Shown here: positions 1 through 12,989 of the stretch, in pieces
How the letters are laid out: each line of letters begins with the position of its first letter
How positions within the stretch are numbered: the stretch's first letter is position 1
From: Oopsacas minuta
Taxonomy: Eukaryota > Animalia > Porifera
Assembly (NCBI GenBank): GCA_024704765.1
Contig: JAKMXF010000317.1
Coordinates: 1-64,000, forward strand
Direction: 5' to 3'
DNA length: 64,000 bases
The notes under the pieces: generated by a model
Seen by the model: only the letters and a program-made list of their open reading frames with translations
The model's database searches: none
Told to the model about the DNA's origin: nothing
Translations under genes and position numbers: made by a program

Positions 1-2091
1 CCTTTGGGTATCACTCAACAATTCTATCTTTGCGTTATACAAATGTCATAAGCTCCTGAATTATATCCAAAATATTCAACCAGATTGTTCTAGAGTTTTT
101 GAGTTATAACATGATATTTTTGTGATAGAATTGGTGAAACACCCTGTGGTTATTTTCATATTATCTTGTTGTATATTTGGCACCTCACATGTATAGTAAT
201 AATTTACTGCTAACAACAAAGCTTGTAAGAAACTAATTTTCCATTTGTTTCATGGCTGCTGATTACCAACTACACTAGTAGTACTTAAGCAATGAATATA
301 CTACTGTGTTTATTTTCAAAATTACAAATGTCCATTAATACTGAACACCGTGAAAGGAAGTTTGGGAGATTTCCAAAGCTCTAATTTGTACTATCTAGAT
401 TACTTAATTGAGTGTTATTATTCATGTATTCATATCATTAATCCCCCCTGAAATACCAGCTTCCGAAGCCCTTGCCTACCAATGAGGGACTGGGCCAGGA
501 CATCCTGGTATTGTATAAGAAATCATTAATTTCACCAATCAAATCGCTATAATAGGACGCCCATCAGTCCGAAATTATGTAGCGTTTTTCGAATCGAGTT
601 TAAACAGCTAGTCATTAGTTCGAATTTCTTTTCCGAACATGTATGAATATTCAACAGAATTTCTGCAACCCTGGTTGTCATCCCAGCGTTTTACACTTCC
701 TATTAACGTTTTCTGTAAAGTTGTACAGGATATCCGGTTCTAATCCAGTATCTGGCTAAATATTTGGTGAGGTTAGTGAAAACTCACGGTTCGATTGTGA
801 AATGTAAGATTTTGTGTTAGTTTTCTATGAAATACCAAGGATATGTATTTAATGTAGCCCTAATCAGTGTTTCTCTACCTTATTCGAACTTGAGGCCTTA
901 TGTATAATAGGCTACGTAACAACCTCATTTGTCGCACAGCTCATTAGAGGAAATATTTATGGCCCGAATCAAACTTTCATGACAGTGGAGTCGCTTATGA
1001 CTTTACTCATGTATTTTTGGATAGAATTTTCACACATTCTGAGGTTGTTCTTCACAACAATAATTCATTTTTGGGAATATGTGGTAGGAGGTTCACTAAA
1101 TTCTTCAATATTATTTAAGTCCCACTTGTGAGGTGTGAATTCAACTATTTGTAAACCCGAGGTGTTAAAGGTTACTAGAAATATATCTTCAAAACAATTT
1201 TGTTATATGTCAGTGTAATTTTGGTGGCATGCTCATAACGTTCTGAGTCACATCAGTTGAGGGTAATCTGACACTTCGTCCCCAAAAAATGAATTCTCAC
1301 TGAGGGTATTGTATCAGAGATATTTGTCATATAGAAGGAATTTTCGGACTTTTCTTACTTTATTTAAGAATTTACAATTGGATTAGTGTCAAGATTTGCC
1401 ATGGGGTTGCTCGAATATCTGATCAGCCCTGGTTGTTGGTCAGGGTCTTTGGAAGCGATATCTGGTTGATGTAGGACAAATTAATTATTGCTTATAATTG
1501 TTGTATTTGGAATTTTTCTCACTATTTTGTATTGGTACATGCGCCAATACGACAACCGCAAGCATTCCATACTTGTACATTTTAATTACTCAGAACACAA
1601 TGAGATAATATGTTCACCCCTTTTTTGAATCTATTATAGTAGTTACTAGCAAGACTAAACAAAAGACAAAAATGTGTTTGTCTGCCCATACAGAATCCAT
1701 TTAATTATTAGTTATTAACAACGCTAAACAAAGACATATTTGTATGTAATAATTTAATACCTAAAATATCCAGGGAATTTTCGAAGCGATGAAATGCCCG
1801 GCGACTACTGATGATTTTTACCCAAAAACGGGCTCATTGGACTGTTTTGTTGAATTTGGCTGGAAATTTGCCAAAAATTCATTTCATTGTGTTAGAATTG
1901 TATTTTTCTGTTGATTTTGTCACTTAAACTGGGATCCTTGATTGGATGAATTTTCAATAACTGGGAAATATTTCCAGTTATTGACATTGGAATACTGTCA
2001 ATATTCAATTTGAATTAATTCCATCATTTTGTGCTTCTAATTAGGATTTTTACGTCCAAAATTGAAAAATTGTTATTATTTTTAGGGCAGC

Positions 2092-2830
2092 TCCTATAGG
2101 AAGATGACCCAAAGGCTTGGACGATGTGTGACGTCCGTACGCACGATCGTGCGTAATCTAGCAGTCCCATTTATTTGAAATTTCCATACATGTACACTTT
2201 TGGTCGGATTAGCACCTCGGATATGAATTTTTTCTAAAGTTTAATATTTCTTACCTTTTGGTGATTAATCATATTTTCACCTTTCTATGTGTAATACAAA
2301 AGCAAGCTGGATATTAGGTTTCAACATGTTGTCAGGGGTAATTGGGTGCGTAGAGTCCGATTTTGAGAATTTCAGAGTCTGAAAGTTACAAATTCACAGA
2401 TTTATCATATCAGTAATCATATTTTCACACCTTGTTGCACACAGTAAGAACTTATGGCATAATCATGTATTTGTACATAGAATTTTCATACTTTCTGAGG
2501 TTGTTCCTCAATACAAATGATCCACTTTTGGATATAATGCCAACTCCAATTTCAATTGTCGGCTATGATTGAACACTTAAGCAACATATTTTGGGGTGTT
2601 AACTTGAAGCTAACGGCCACAATTTTGATTTAATCCAATTTTTTACGGATATTCATGATCAGTTTAAAATTTCCCGTCGTTCAAGTGATCACTGCAACAC
2701 TTTTCTCCATAGCAACGCAAAATTTCTTCAGGAATGTGATAAGATTCCATCTCAAAATTTGTCCTAACCCTGTCGAGTGACCCCTTATTCGACGCCGCCG
2801 CACTACTAGCTGAGTCTAATTATATGCGTA
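2092..2830 (+). repeat. Helitron/Helentron (DINE-like) non-autonomous repeat; related fragments at ~960-1150, ~3330-3420 (-), 4371-4615, 4870-5135 (-)
   Basis: Shared blocks recur locally (TTCTGAGGTTGT..CAA; CTCAAAATTT..CCCT.TCGAGTGA.CCC..GACGCCGC..CTAGCTGAGTCTA). Superfamily assignment is by resemblance only. Confidence 0.4.
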
Positions 2831-3474
2831 TTAGCTCTCTAACTTGTCATTTGACGCAACGTTGCTAAATTGTCATATTTTCAATGTACTTACTATGTAT
2901 TCGTATGTGTCACTGATATTTGATACCTTTTTCTTTACATATTGTTTTGATTTAAATAATATGAATAATCATTAGAGTATTAGACTATACTGAATTTCAG
3001 TTCTCAACATTGAATTATCCCCTCTAGGTTGGATTTGCGGCCCCCTAAAATAGTCCTGAACCATTTCCCATTATAATGACTTCTGTATTGCGGCTACCTG
3101 CTCTACGCGGCCAGTGGCCACCATTATTAGGCTCTTGCTGACACTAAACCTGTCTACTAGGGTCACGACATCTATATACGGCAACTTCATTTTTCTAACG
3201 TCCATACATAAAGTTTACCTTTGACAAGTCCCTTGGGTGATGGCCATTATTAACTACTGCCCTGTATTATCTTACATAACAGTCACTTGTCTCAATGGTA
3301 AACTTTTCTAGACAACTGGCGCTGGCATGAACCTCAAATTACTACCACGTATTTCCAAAAATGAATTATTGTTGTTGGAGGACAACCTCAGAAAGTGTGT
3401 AAAATATACTAAAAATGCCTGATTAAAGCCATAAGCGACTCCACTATCATGAAAGTTTTTTTTCGGGCCATAAA

Positions 3475-3904
3475 TCTATATTATTAAATCTCAATTGTTG
3501 TTTGTTTGTTTGTTTGTTTGTTTGTCCGTTGTCGAGGAAGGATTTACGTTATGCAATTTTGAAATTGTCGCATAACTATGTATTTATCGTGTTTATCAAG
3601 GAAGTAAATAGAATTCAATAAAACTTCACTAAATATATCGAACATGCGGAATCCTATTTTCACTTTTGGATTAATCATATGGAAATTTCTTGTTGTTTTT
3701 ATGAACATATAAAGTAAACAAATTTCAAAATTGAGGTAGAATCATACTTTCAACAACTATACTGGTATACTCAAGTATACTGAGTCTGAATATTTTCAAC
3801 AACATCAATATTATTAAATCTCAATTGTTGTTTGTTTGTTTGTCCGTTGAATACCTCGAGGCGCAATGCGACGAGTTCATCGCGAAGCGACGAGCCTTTG
3901 TTCG
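3475..3904 (+). mobile_element. Non-autonomous Helitron-like element (Lep1-like layout)
   Basis: A|TC 5' end (TCTATATTATTAAATCTCAATTG), (TTTG)n tract, GC-rich 3' end CGAGTTCATCGCGAAGCGACGAGCC. Related copies at 12161-12935 and 28779-29259 (-). Confidence 0.6.
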
Positions 3905-4370
3905 TATTTCCTCTAATGAGCTGTACGACAAATTAGGTACATAAAGGCCTCACAAATGATTATGAATTTTGGACCAGGGATGCACGATCCGACCAAAGTG
4001 AAATTTACCGAATATGTCGCCTACTAATTATCATATACAAAACCTTGTGGGGCCACCACAAGTGTTAAGTCAGCGTGATATATGAGCATAACTCAACACT
4101 TTAAAAATTCTGTCAATTCTCAATCAATCCACCTGCAATTTGGTCACTACCTTTGTCTAGAGTGGTGCTTTCCTACATTCAATAATTATTCCCTATCACA
4201 CCTACTCTTGCCACAATGACAAATTTGTAATACTAAATCCTCATATAGTCAGGGCTGTTCGCTGAAACCGTGACAAGTCGGGTAAAAGCACCAAATTACG
4301 TACAATGTTACAGTAGGGTGATGCTTGAACCTTTAGAAGGGGAACCAGATCAGGGGTGTGAGGCACAATC

Positions 4371-5135
4371 TGTTTTATGTGCCACTTTAGACACATTTTG
4401 AAGATGTTTACATGCATATAACCCATCCAGTTTGAATCGAAACGAATTTGAATGTCAATATTAGTAATCAGCGAAAGATTTTTCGTCGTTTGAGTGGTCA
4501 CTCAAATATGTTACACAGGAATGTGGCCACACTATCCATTCTCAAAATTTATTCAAACCCTATCGAGTGATCCCTTGTTCGACGCCGCTAGCCTAGCTGA
4601 GTCTAGTTATGCTCATACAGACCCTCTAAATTATCTTTAAATACGAATTTTAGTTACAGCCCCATAGAACTAATACAAAATATGTGTGAGCCCCCTGGAT
4701 CGGTCCAATTTTTTGGAAAGTTCGGTGCCCCTGATTGAATCGCATTTGCTTAGAGACAAACGATATTCTATGTAGTGTGAAGTAAGTTGATTGTCTCAAA
4801 CTATCACATTTATTGGTTTGTGGCAATCAACCATAACATCTTATTCAAGATCATTTAGAGGGTCTGTATGTGCATAACTAGACTCTGCTAGCCTAGCGGC
4901 GTTGTACAAGGGGTCACTCGATAGGTTTAGGACAATTTGAGAATAAAATCTTGCCACATTCCTGAGATATTCTTGTGTTGTTATGGAAAAAATTTTCCAG
5001 AACATATTCGACTTAAGATATGTAAAATCTTTTGTTGATTACTAATATTGACACTAAAAAATCGTTTCGATTCTAACTGGATGAGTTATTTGCATGTAAC
5101 ACCTTCAAAATGTGTCTAAAGTGGCACATAAAACA
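4371..5135. repeat. Long inverted repeat: arms 4371-4638 and 4846-5135, ~210-bp spacer
   Basis: TGTTTTATGTGCCACTTTAGACACATTTTGAAG...CATACAGACCCTCTAAA matches the reverse complement of the right arm, with one divergent patch. Confidence 0.85.
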
Positions 5136-5678
5136 AAAATCCAACGATTCTATAGTGGGATTTCCAATTTAGTATTAGGTTTCTATGAAATGACCTGGAA
5201 TTATGCAGTATTTGTAGACCCAAAATCGTGAGAGTTGAGAGAACTGAATTTGTCCAAGCCTAATTCCAGCTCAACTGGCGAGCATTCTTCGAAAGTGCTG
5301 CCAATATATATATATCTCAGGGCCAGATTAGTACCATAGTAGGCCTGACGCACTTGTTTTACTAAGATTTACTTATATAAGACTTACACTCGGCGAATAC
5401 TTACTATCTCTTTCATACAAAAAATTAGTTCCCATTCATTTTAATACAATTCTTATTTGTATATGACGTATACTATGATAGTAGGTATGTATTCATTTGT
5501 GTTTCCCGAAGGGGTACGTCTTATCCGAGTTCCATAGTATGTCTTTAGGCCCCTTACTTTCATGGCCACTAACCTTTCGTAGGCCTGAAGAACAGTGTCT
5601 CTAGTGCCCTATGGATAATACTGCCCTGATATAACGCCGATGCCTGGACCTATTATTCTAAGCTTTTCACTTGTTTAG

Positions 5679-5999
5679 GTAGTTCATACACGGAAAGATT
5701 CTGTATGGACGAAGAAAGATGACATATCATATACTATTGCTACACGTACAGAGCAATTCAGGTGGGGCTACCTGGAAGTTGTAGCCAGAGGAACTAAGCC
5801 CACATCACTAAACAATGATTGGCTGATTTTCAACTTACAATCAGGTTCTGTCGATGTATTCCTCGATTCAGAATACATCACAACATTGAATTCCTTAGGG
5901 AATTCAGTACTGGTACCTCCAGGATCAACCTATGAATTTAGGAATATAACTGGACAAAGTTGTTTCCTCACGTACACAATCATTATACCTATGCTGTAG
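5679..5999 (+). CDS. Terminal exon encoding a CENP-C/Mif2-like C-terminal cupin domain (upstream exons not located)
   Basis: TTTAG acceptor at 5677-78, then an open 107-codon frame to TAG: VVHTRK...TEQFRWGYLEVVARGTKPTSLNNDWLIFNLQSGSVDVFLD...GNSVLVPPGSTYEFRNITGQSCFLTYTIIIPML*. Fits the CENP-C cupin pattern TxxFxxGxL..K..DxLxF..G..GxSxxVPxGxxYxxxN..Lx[FY]T. Confidence 0.75.
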   Translation, partial: VVHTRKDSVWTKKDDISYTIATRTEQFRWGYLEVVARGTKPTSLNNDWLIFNLQSGSVDVFLDSEYITTLNSLGNSVLVPPGSTYEFRNITGQSCFLTYTIIIPML

Positions 6000-6351
6000 T
6001 ACTTTGTTTGTTATTATCAGTTAATTCAGTGCTTCTCAACCAGGGGGATATCCTCCCATTGGGGGGGGGGGATGGCAATACCGAAGAGGGGGGATACATA
6101 TTCGGAGAGAACCATCTATACCTGGGGTGTGCGTAAATAATTTAGTCAGAGGAGGCTCTTCGCTATCGCTACTTATTTTACATCTTTGTATTCAATTCCT
6201 CGCTCTTTTATAAAGCCATTTGCATCACACGTCGATATAGTTAGTACTCAGATATCATTATTGTTAATACTTTGTAAGGGTTCGAAAAGATGGCATGCAT
6301 CTGACAAATATAAATTGCTTTTGTATGACAATAAATACTATGTATTCAATT

Positions 6352-7030
6352 CAGGGGCGGCGCTAGCTTCATTTCTCTAGAGGGGCACAAGGGGAGCTGA
6401 ACAACCAAGAGGGGGACAACTTAGTTTAAAATAGAGTTACATACGGACCACCCGACAGACCAGTCCCTACTGTTCTAATCTTCTGAGTAGTAATAATACT
6501 TATATACATACTTTTAGATTAGCGTCTCCAAAAATAATGAATAATAATTTATAGTCACCACTTACAATATTTAATGAAATGTGTCTAAGAAATTCCCCTT
6601 CAATAATCCAACGAAAAAATATGGCACCAGAGTACTAAATCACAGACGATATATATTTATACGCTAAATGTGTATATTAATATTTTGACGCATGAATACT
6701 CTAGAATATTTAAAATTTACTTATGGCGAACTTTTTTGTTCCTACCTCCAATAAGAGGATGTGCATTAATAAGCCTCCTGGGCCAGATGACCTTAGCCAG
6801 GATCTAGATTGCCAACCAATGCAACCAATTCTTGTTAATTTCCCTACCACAGATGGTCGTAAGTTTCAGCCCACCTGGTATGAAAAACATAATTGGCTGG
6901 AATACTCCCCATCTTAATGAAAATTCGTACGATATAACAATACCCATGCGACCCTAAGCTGTTGCATGATTTTTGTCAGGGGGGAGGGGGGGGGCAGTTG
7001 CCCCCACTCAGTATGCTGGCGCCGCCACTG
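6352..7030 (+). mobile_element. Non-autonomous hAT deletion derivative retaining the transposase N-terminus (TTF-type zinc-finger region)
   Basis: TIRs CAGGGGCGGCGCTAG / CTGGCGCCGCCACTG; exact 8-bp TSD ATTCAATT (6344-51, 7031-38); ORF 6723-6917 contains GPDD..QP..FP..RKFQPTWYEKHNWLEYS. Confidence 0.9.
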
Positions 7031-7926
7031 ATTCAATTGTGAATACGTAATCGATGTGTGAATTCCAATAATGTGAATAATATGGCATCCAATCGCTTTC
7101 GGACGTTCCATCAATCCCTAAATACCTGCTAACCCCGATGGGTATATCACTGGAAGATATGATGGACTTAGACAACATACTAGTAAAGGGGCTGATATTT
7201 ACAGGCAAATGAGGAGGCAAAAATTTTGGTTATAGTAACGAACGCGGAAATGTGGGATTTTGTTATTTGTATATATCCATGGTTCAGCAATACATAATCT
7301 TAGTTCCAATTTATAGTTCCATTTTGTAGTCATAGTTCTGAGAAATTAGATTGTAACACTTACAGATGTCCTTCTCCTCTCTACAACATTCCATCGTCTC
7401 TTCCTAGATATGGAACTAACAACTTAATACCTGAATATTTTAGTTCCAGATTGTACTGTCAGTCATAGTTGTACTCCGAATACTGTAAGTTGTTTGTTTG
7501 TCTATTTTGTTTACTTGTTTGTTTGTTAATTTTCTTGTTTATTGTAGGAGATATCATCTATGGCAGATGTAGCTATAGCAGATAGTGGCATTAGTGGTGT
7601 TAAGACAGACACATATGCTCCTTCATTACTATATCATCACGATAATAATAATAATAATAATAATAAACAAGGTGTGATATACAAATACAATTTGTCCTGT
7701 CTAATTGTACGCTTTGGACACCATTGCCCATTTGTGGACAATTAGAGAGGACCCGCTGTGTTTACATTTATATGATTATTTCCATATTCATTTGTTGTTG
7801 ATTCTAGAAAGTTGTTTACGGAATCAGTTATCAACACAATCCTTGTAGAGTAATGACTCAAATGTGGTGAGTAAGCAACTTTTGTTAGATTCTTTTGCTG
7901 TTTCTTATTTATTATTCTATTTTTAG

Positions 7927-8494
7927 TATCAAATTGGTTTCTCTAAACAACAAACATTCGAATTTTCTGTTGTTGAAAGAATGTATGAAAATAACAACAA
8001 TGTAAGTAACTATTTCTTGATTTGGCTAATAATGTAATTAGGGAACATTCATATCTCAAATACATTCCGATCATTCATCTGGTTGCTATGATAAGCTCAG
8101 TCAAGGTGATAGAATATTAGAGGTAAATACACTATTATTTCACACCTAGATACATAATGGCATACTATATACCATATTCATAAACACCCCTCACCTGTCT
8201 CAAGGTGTTAAAATGTGGTATCGTACCAATAGAACAATGTATCTTGATAACACCTGTTAATGAATATTTCAAAATTACTAATTTTATGACGAATAATTAT
8301 TTACACAAAGAGTGTGTATTCACTGTCACTACCATCAAGTGACACCTCGTGCCACATATACCGGACACTTCTCGCACCTTGGACTGTTCCAATAAGTGTG
8401 ACAAAGGTGTTAGAATATTTATTTTTAGATTTATGGATTATGTTTGGAGAACTCAACTCAAGAAGAAACTATGAAATTATTTAATCTTGTAATT
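7927..8494 (+). CDS. Three spliced exons encoding a divergent PDZ-like domain (7927-8001, 8042-8122, 8429-8494); further candidate exons at 7368-7866
   Basis: All three are AG/GT-bounded, phase 0 and multiples of 3 (75, 81, 66 nt). Joined translation: YQIGFSKQQTFEFSVVERMYENNNN-GTFISQIHSDHSSGCYDKLSQGDRILE-IYGLCLENSTQEETMKLFNLVI. Confidence 0.65.
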
Positions 8495-9043
8495 GTAAGT
8501 ATAGAATTGAAACTAAAGAAGGACAGTTGTTCACCCTTCTCTAACCCACATTTCACTTTTTATATGTATTTGTTGTTTGTTGTTTGTTGTATACTTCACA
8601 CTTCTCAATCATATTCATGTCTGGAATAATTATTTATTGATATTTGTATATTTCATATTTCTATAATTAGAACATTATTTACATCAACAAACACATACTT
8701 TAATTATTTGTGTATTTACTTATTCAATTCATTTGTTTGTTTGTTTGTTTAATTCACACAATTTTAGGCGCCATTTATGGTGTCAATAAAGTTCTATCCT
8801 CATTTTGTAATAAATATGAATATATTAGCAGTTGTATAATGAAACAATTATGTAGTTGTGTCGCTAATTGTGTCTATTATTAAGCCACATTATGAAACAC
8901 ATTACTTCACATAGAAAGTAATACTTACATTGAAAGTATAACTTAATTCTAATACAAATTCTAAAGAAGAGATATTTCTATAAAAGAACTGAAGACAACA
9001 TTTATAATAAATAAATATGCACTGAAGACAAAGAATATTTGAA

Positions 9044-10998
9044 ATGGCAACAAGCATGAGCCAGGTAACACCTTCTAAAGCTGATAAGATGTTGAAGAAG
9101 TGCGAGGAGAGAATAAAGGAAATTCTGTCCATTGACTTACAAGAAATTCGACATACCAAAATAATACAGGACTACAGGAATATTCTTGAGATACCAAATA
9201 TCCTCAATGAAATGGAGAGAATTACAGTGACATATAACGTAAACAAACCTCGTATGTGCCTTCACAGGTTATCAGCTCTCTACCAAGATTATGAATCTAT
9301 AATCTCGAGTATCATACGTCTTCTCCCTCTCAAAGATTCATTCCAGGAGCGATGCGACCAGCATTTACTTGAAATATCTTTACTAATTATCGATGACTAC
9401 CTTCCTATTGATATCAAAGACAGCCTCTACTACATAGAGAGGACTCTAGCAGAACCTTTCCTATACTCCTTAAACGGTCTCATCATGTGGAAGGAGACAG
9501 CTGAGATAAAGATTCATAAAATTCAGAAATTGCTATTCCCTGAACTCTCAAAACCAATCGAGAGTGTGATAGTAAAGAGATACGAATCTCTTAAGTTGAG
9601 ACTGAAGGCAGAGATCTTAAGGATGAGGACATATCCTATTCCAGAACCTTGGTGTTCAAAATGTATGACGGAGGGAATGACCCACTTGATTGATGGAGAA
9701 TTCATTTTCTATGTAGATCCTGAATTAGAGGAAGACATGAAACCAGTAAATCCATCCAAGAGGGACCTGCTTCCCGGGGGTATCACACGTCAGGAGTATG
9801 ACATGAGGTTACACAGACTCAATATGGAGTATGCGATAGCTAGAGTTGAGTTGAAAACCAGGAATGCAGATAGGATAGATGAGAAATGCAAAGACATGGA
9901 GGATTGGTATGCAGAGGTTGAGGAGAAAATGACTTTCACATTCAATGAACTATCTTTCCTGTACAGAGACGCTAAATCTCTAGAATATCTCGTCAGGAAG
10001 AATAAGGAGGATAAGTATTTGAAGATAATATATGATATAATACAAAGAAATATCCGTCACTATTACGACAACAGAATAGACATTCCTTCATTTGCTATCG
10101 ACACTGATAACGATCCCATGTTGATAGCTCCACCCAAAGAAGAGCGGAACATCCCTGTAGCATCTGGTGTTGATAGAGGTGGAGTTATATGTCACCAATT
10201 AAATACACCAGCTTGTATAATTGTGGTTAAGGATAACGTAATAGTAGCTGATAGATACGGTGATACAGTCACTCTCTATAGAGCTTGTGATCTTGCAGCT
10301 AGTTACTCGAATCATGATCCTCATTTAGCTGCTACTCCTCTATCACTGACATACTTCAAACAGTCCGTATTCTTGTGCTATACAAGTTTATTAGTACAAT
10401 TCAGCTTAATAAGTAGACATCCTCTGCCTATATCTCACATGAATCGTGAACACGGCATCTCAATACCACAGGCTTGTTGTACCTCCTCTAACAGTAAGCA
10501 TTTGTATGTGGGGACTCTTATGCCCAGTCTCATCCGTATGCATGTTAATCCTCTCCGTATAGAACAAAAATACCGACTCAATCCTATCCTGCATACCAAG
10601 ATACCTAACAGGTATCCATGGCTACAGGACATGAAGGCTGCTGAGAATGGTGTTATATGTTTCTTCACAGGATCTCCCTCTCTTCTACAACTATTCTCTC
10701 TAGAAGGAGTACTCATAAGGTCTATACTCACAGAGGATCAGATAGTAGGAGCATACAACTTCAACCTGTTCTATAATTTTATCATAGATGAATGGAGAAT
10801 ATACATTTGCGATTTCTGGGATAATTCCATCAAAGTGTTTGACTGGTTTGGTAAATTCATAGAAACAGTTTGTAAGACAGGACATGAACTGTGTCAAATA
10901 TTCCGTCCCTCTTGCATATTTATAGAAGACTCTGGCTATGTTACAGTTGGTGACATGAAAGAGGACAACTGTCTCAGAGGCTCTAATCTCCTGTCCCA

Positions 10999-11084
<86 letters not shown>

Positions 11085-11107
11085 TGTTGTTTATTTCTCA
11101 ATTATAG
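9044..11107 (+). CDS. Intronless protein with helical N-terminal half and NHL-like beta-propeller C-terminal half; probable ancestral stop at 10984-86
   Basis: 687-aa ORF with NHL-like motifs (VIVADRYGDTVTLY; ICDFWDNSIKVFDWFGKFI; RPSCIFIEDSGYVTVGD). The tail reads into a (TAT)n tract. Confidence 0.8.
11002..11083. repeat. (TTA)n microsatellite, ~27 units
   Basis: Direct reading; explains the poly-Y, poly-L and poly-I ORF artefacts. Confidence 0.98.
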
Positions 11108-12160
11108 TGATTAGTGTGTTTATACATTTTCTGAGTTATTCAGGGTACTATTTGATACCATGGGATCAATCAATTGGATACCTTTCTTCCTCTAATTTGG
11201 CTTTGCTGTTCACACCTTTAGAGATTCTGTCACCAAATTTGGTATGGATACTCGTAGTGACATCTAGTTGTGCACCTGACATTTGGAAACTTCTAATATG
11301 TATATTTTAACACCTTTTAACACCTGTATTTTACACCAATCAGATTGTAGGTTTTTCCAATTCTGCATAAATGCGTGTAATTAGTTTGGTGGAATGTTTG
11401 TAATTTAATTAGTAATGATGTAGACTGTAATTCTATTGGTCAATACATTCTATTGAATATATATACACTGATTTATCATATGATTAATCATATTTTGACA
11501 GCTTTTGGTAAACAGTTCAAAATAATCCTAGAGATTAGTTTCCAATTGTTAATAGTGGTAAACAAGGACGTAGAATTCGATTTTAACATTTTAGAATGAC
11601 TAAGAGTATTCGTAAATTCAATTTTATCTTTCTTTGCTAGAGTTTATAATTTTAACTAAATTCAATTCTGTACAGACACTGATTTGATATTTATTGATTA
11701 TTTCCCTTATTTCCTTATTTATCAACTTCAGCTGGGTCTACCAAGGATCTTTGTATGATTGTAATTACAATTTTATTCTGTACAGACATTAGGAGGGGAT
11801 TAGGGATCTAGTTCACTACCTAAAGGTCTGGGAGTTTTCATTGTACTCGTTATTAAGCTAACTAGGGACGTGGATGTGGACTTCATGCTAATTATGTGTT
11901 TGCATTGACTTTTGTTGGATTAATTATTCAGTTTCAATTGTCTGAACTTATCCATGGTTATTTTACCTGTCGAAATATATCGTTTAATTTGCATTTGTTA
12001 AAATATGCTCCTGCAGCGAATATTTTGACTTGGACCTTAGCCTAGGGTCCTGGGATACAATTTCTAGCTGGGACCTTAGGGTCCTGAGAATAACTCCTGA
12101 GTATACAATACATTCTACTGTGTTAAATAATGGTTCACTAAGAGTTCATGGTTTACATCA

Positions 12161-12935
12161 ATATTATTAAATATCAAATTGTGTCTGTGTGTCACGCTCT
12201 AATATAGAGAACATATAGGTTCAGTTCATAAGTCAAGAACCAAATTTTACAAAACATAACACCAACAAAACAACATTGCATTGTACTGGGAAATTCGAGT
12301 ATGCTGATTTCTAATATGATGTGGTTAAAAACATATTGTGAATATTTGGTTACTCTTAGGCGGATAACGTAAACAAATTTCAAAATTGTGGTAGAATCAT
12401 GCTTTCAAAGGCAATACTGGAGTAATCGAGTACACAAATTCCGACATTCACATTTTGTTTAGTTAATTTATGAGTTTGTAAATATGAAAACAAATATTTT
12501 AATATCAATTGTTGTTTGTCTGTTGTTAGGAAAGAATTTACAGAATGCAATTTTGAAATTGTCACGTGTATTCGTGTGTATCTGGAAGTAAATAGAATTC
12601 AATAAACTATACTAAAGAATATATCAAACATTTTGAATCCGATTTTCACACTTTTGGATTAATCATATGTAAATTTATTGTCGTTTTTATGAATATAAAG
12701 TAAACAAATTAGCCAAATCTCAAAATATACATTGATACTTCCCTCAACGGCTACAAAGGGGGTTGATCTTACAAAATAATTCAATAATATATATGTCATA
12801 TATGTATTTTAGTGAATTCCATTGTTCTAAATATATCTATATTGTAATACTCAAAGGCCGGCAATTTGGAGAATAATGGATACCTCCCGGCGCAATACAC
12901 CGAGTTCATCGCGAAGCGACGAGCCAAAGCCTCGT
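12161..12935 (+). mobile_element. Helitron-like repeat copy (same family as 3475-3904)
   Basis: Shares GCAATTTTGAAATTGTC, GGATTAATCATATG and the 3' CGAGTTCATCGCGAAGCGACGAGCCAAAGCCTCGT. Confidence 0.6.
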
Positions 12936-12989
12936 ATAATATAATAGATAATTATAGATTCTAATTATTATAACGAGCCTTTGGCTCCT

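Noticed and set aside
1150-3420. Semi-open frames at ~1200-1560 and ~3030-3350 as upstream CENP-C exons or other genes
   Set aside because: Stops in all frames and no recognisable motifs.
10700-11310. Poly-Ile and poly-Leu ORFs (10700-11101 -, 10999-11310 +)
   Set aside because: Alternative frames of the (TTA)n microsatellite.
8199-11317. 13-bp inverted match (AAGGTGTTAAAAT / ATTTTAACACCTT) flanking the NHL ORF as TIRs of a carrier element
   Set aside because: Similarity does not extend, no TSD, and the left site lies in a PDZ-gene intron.
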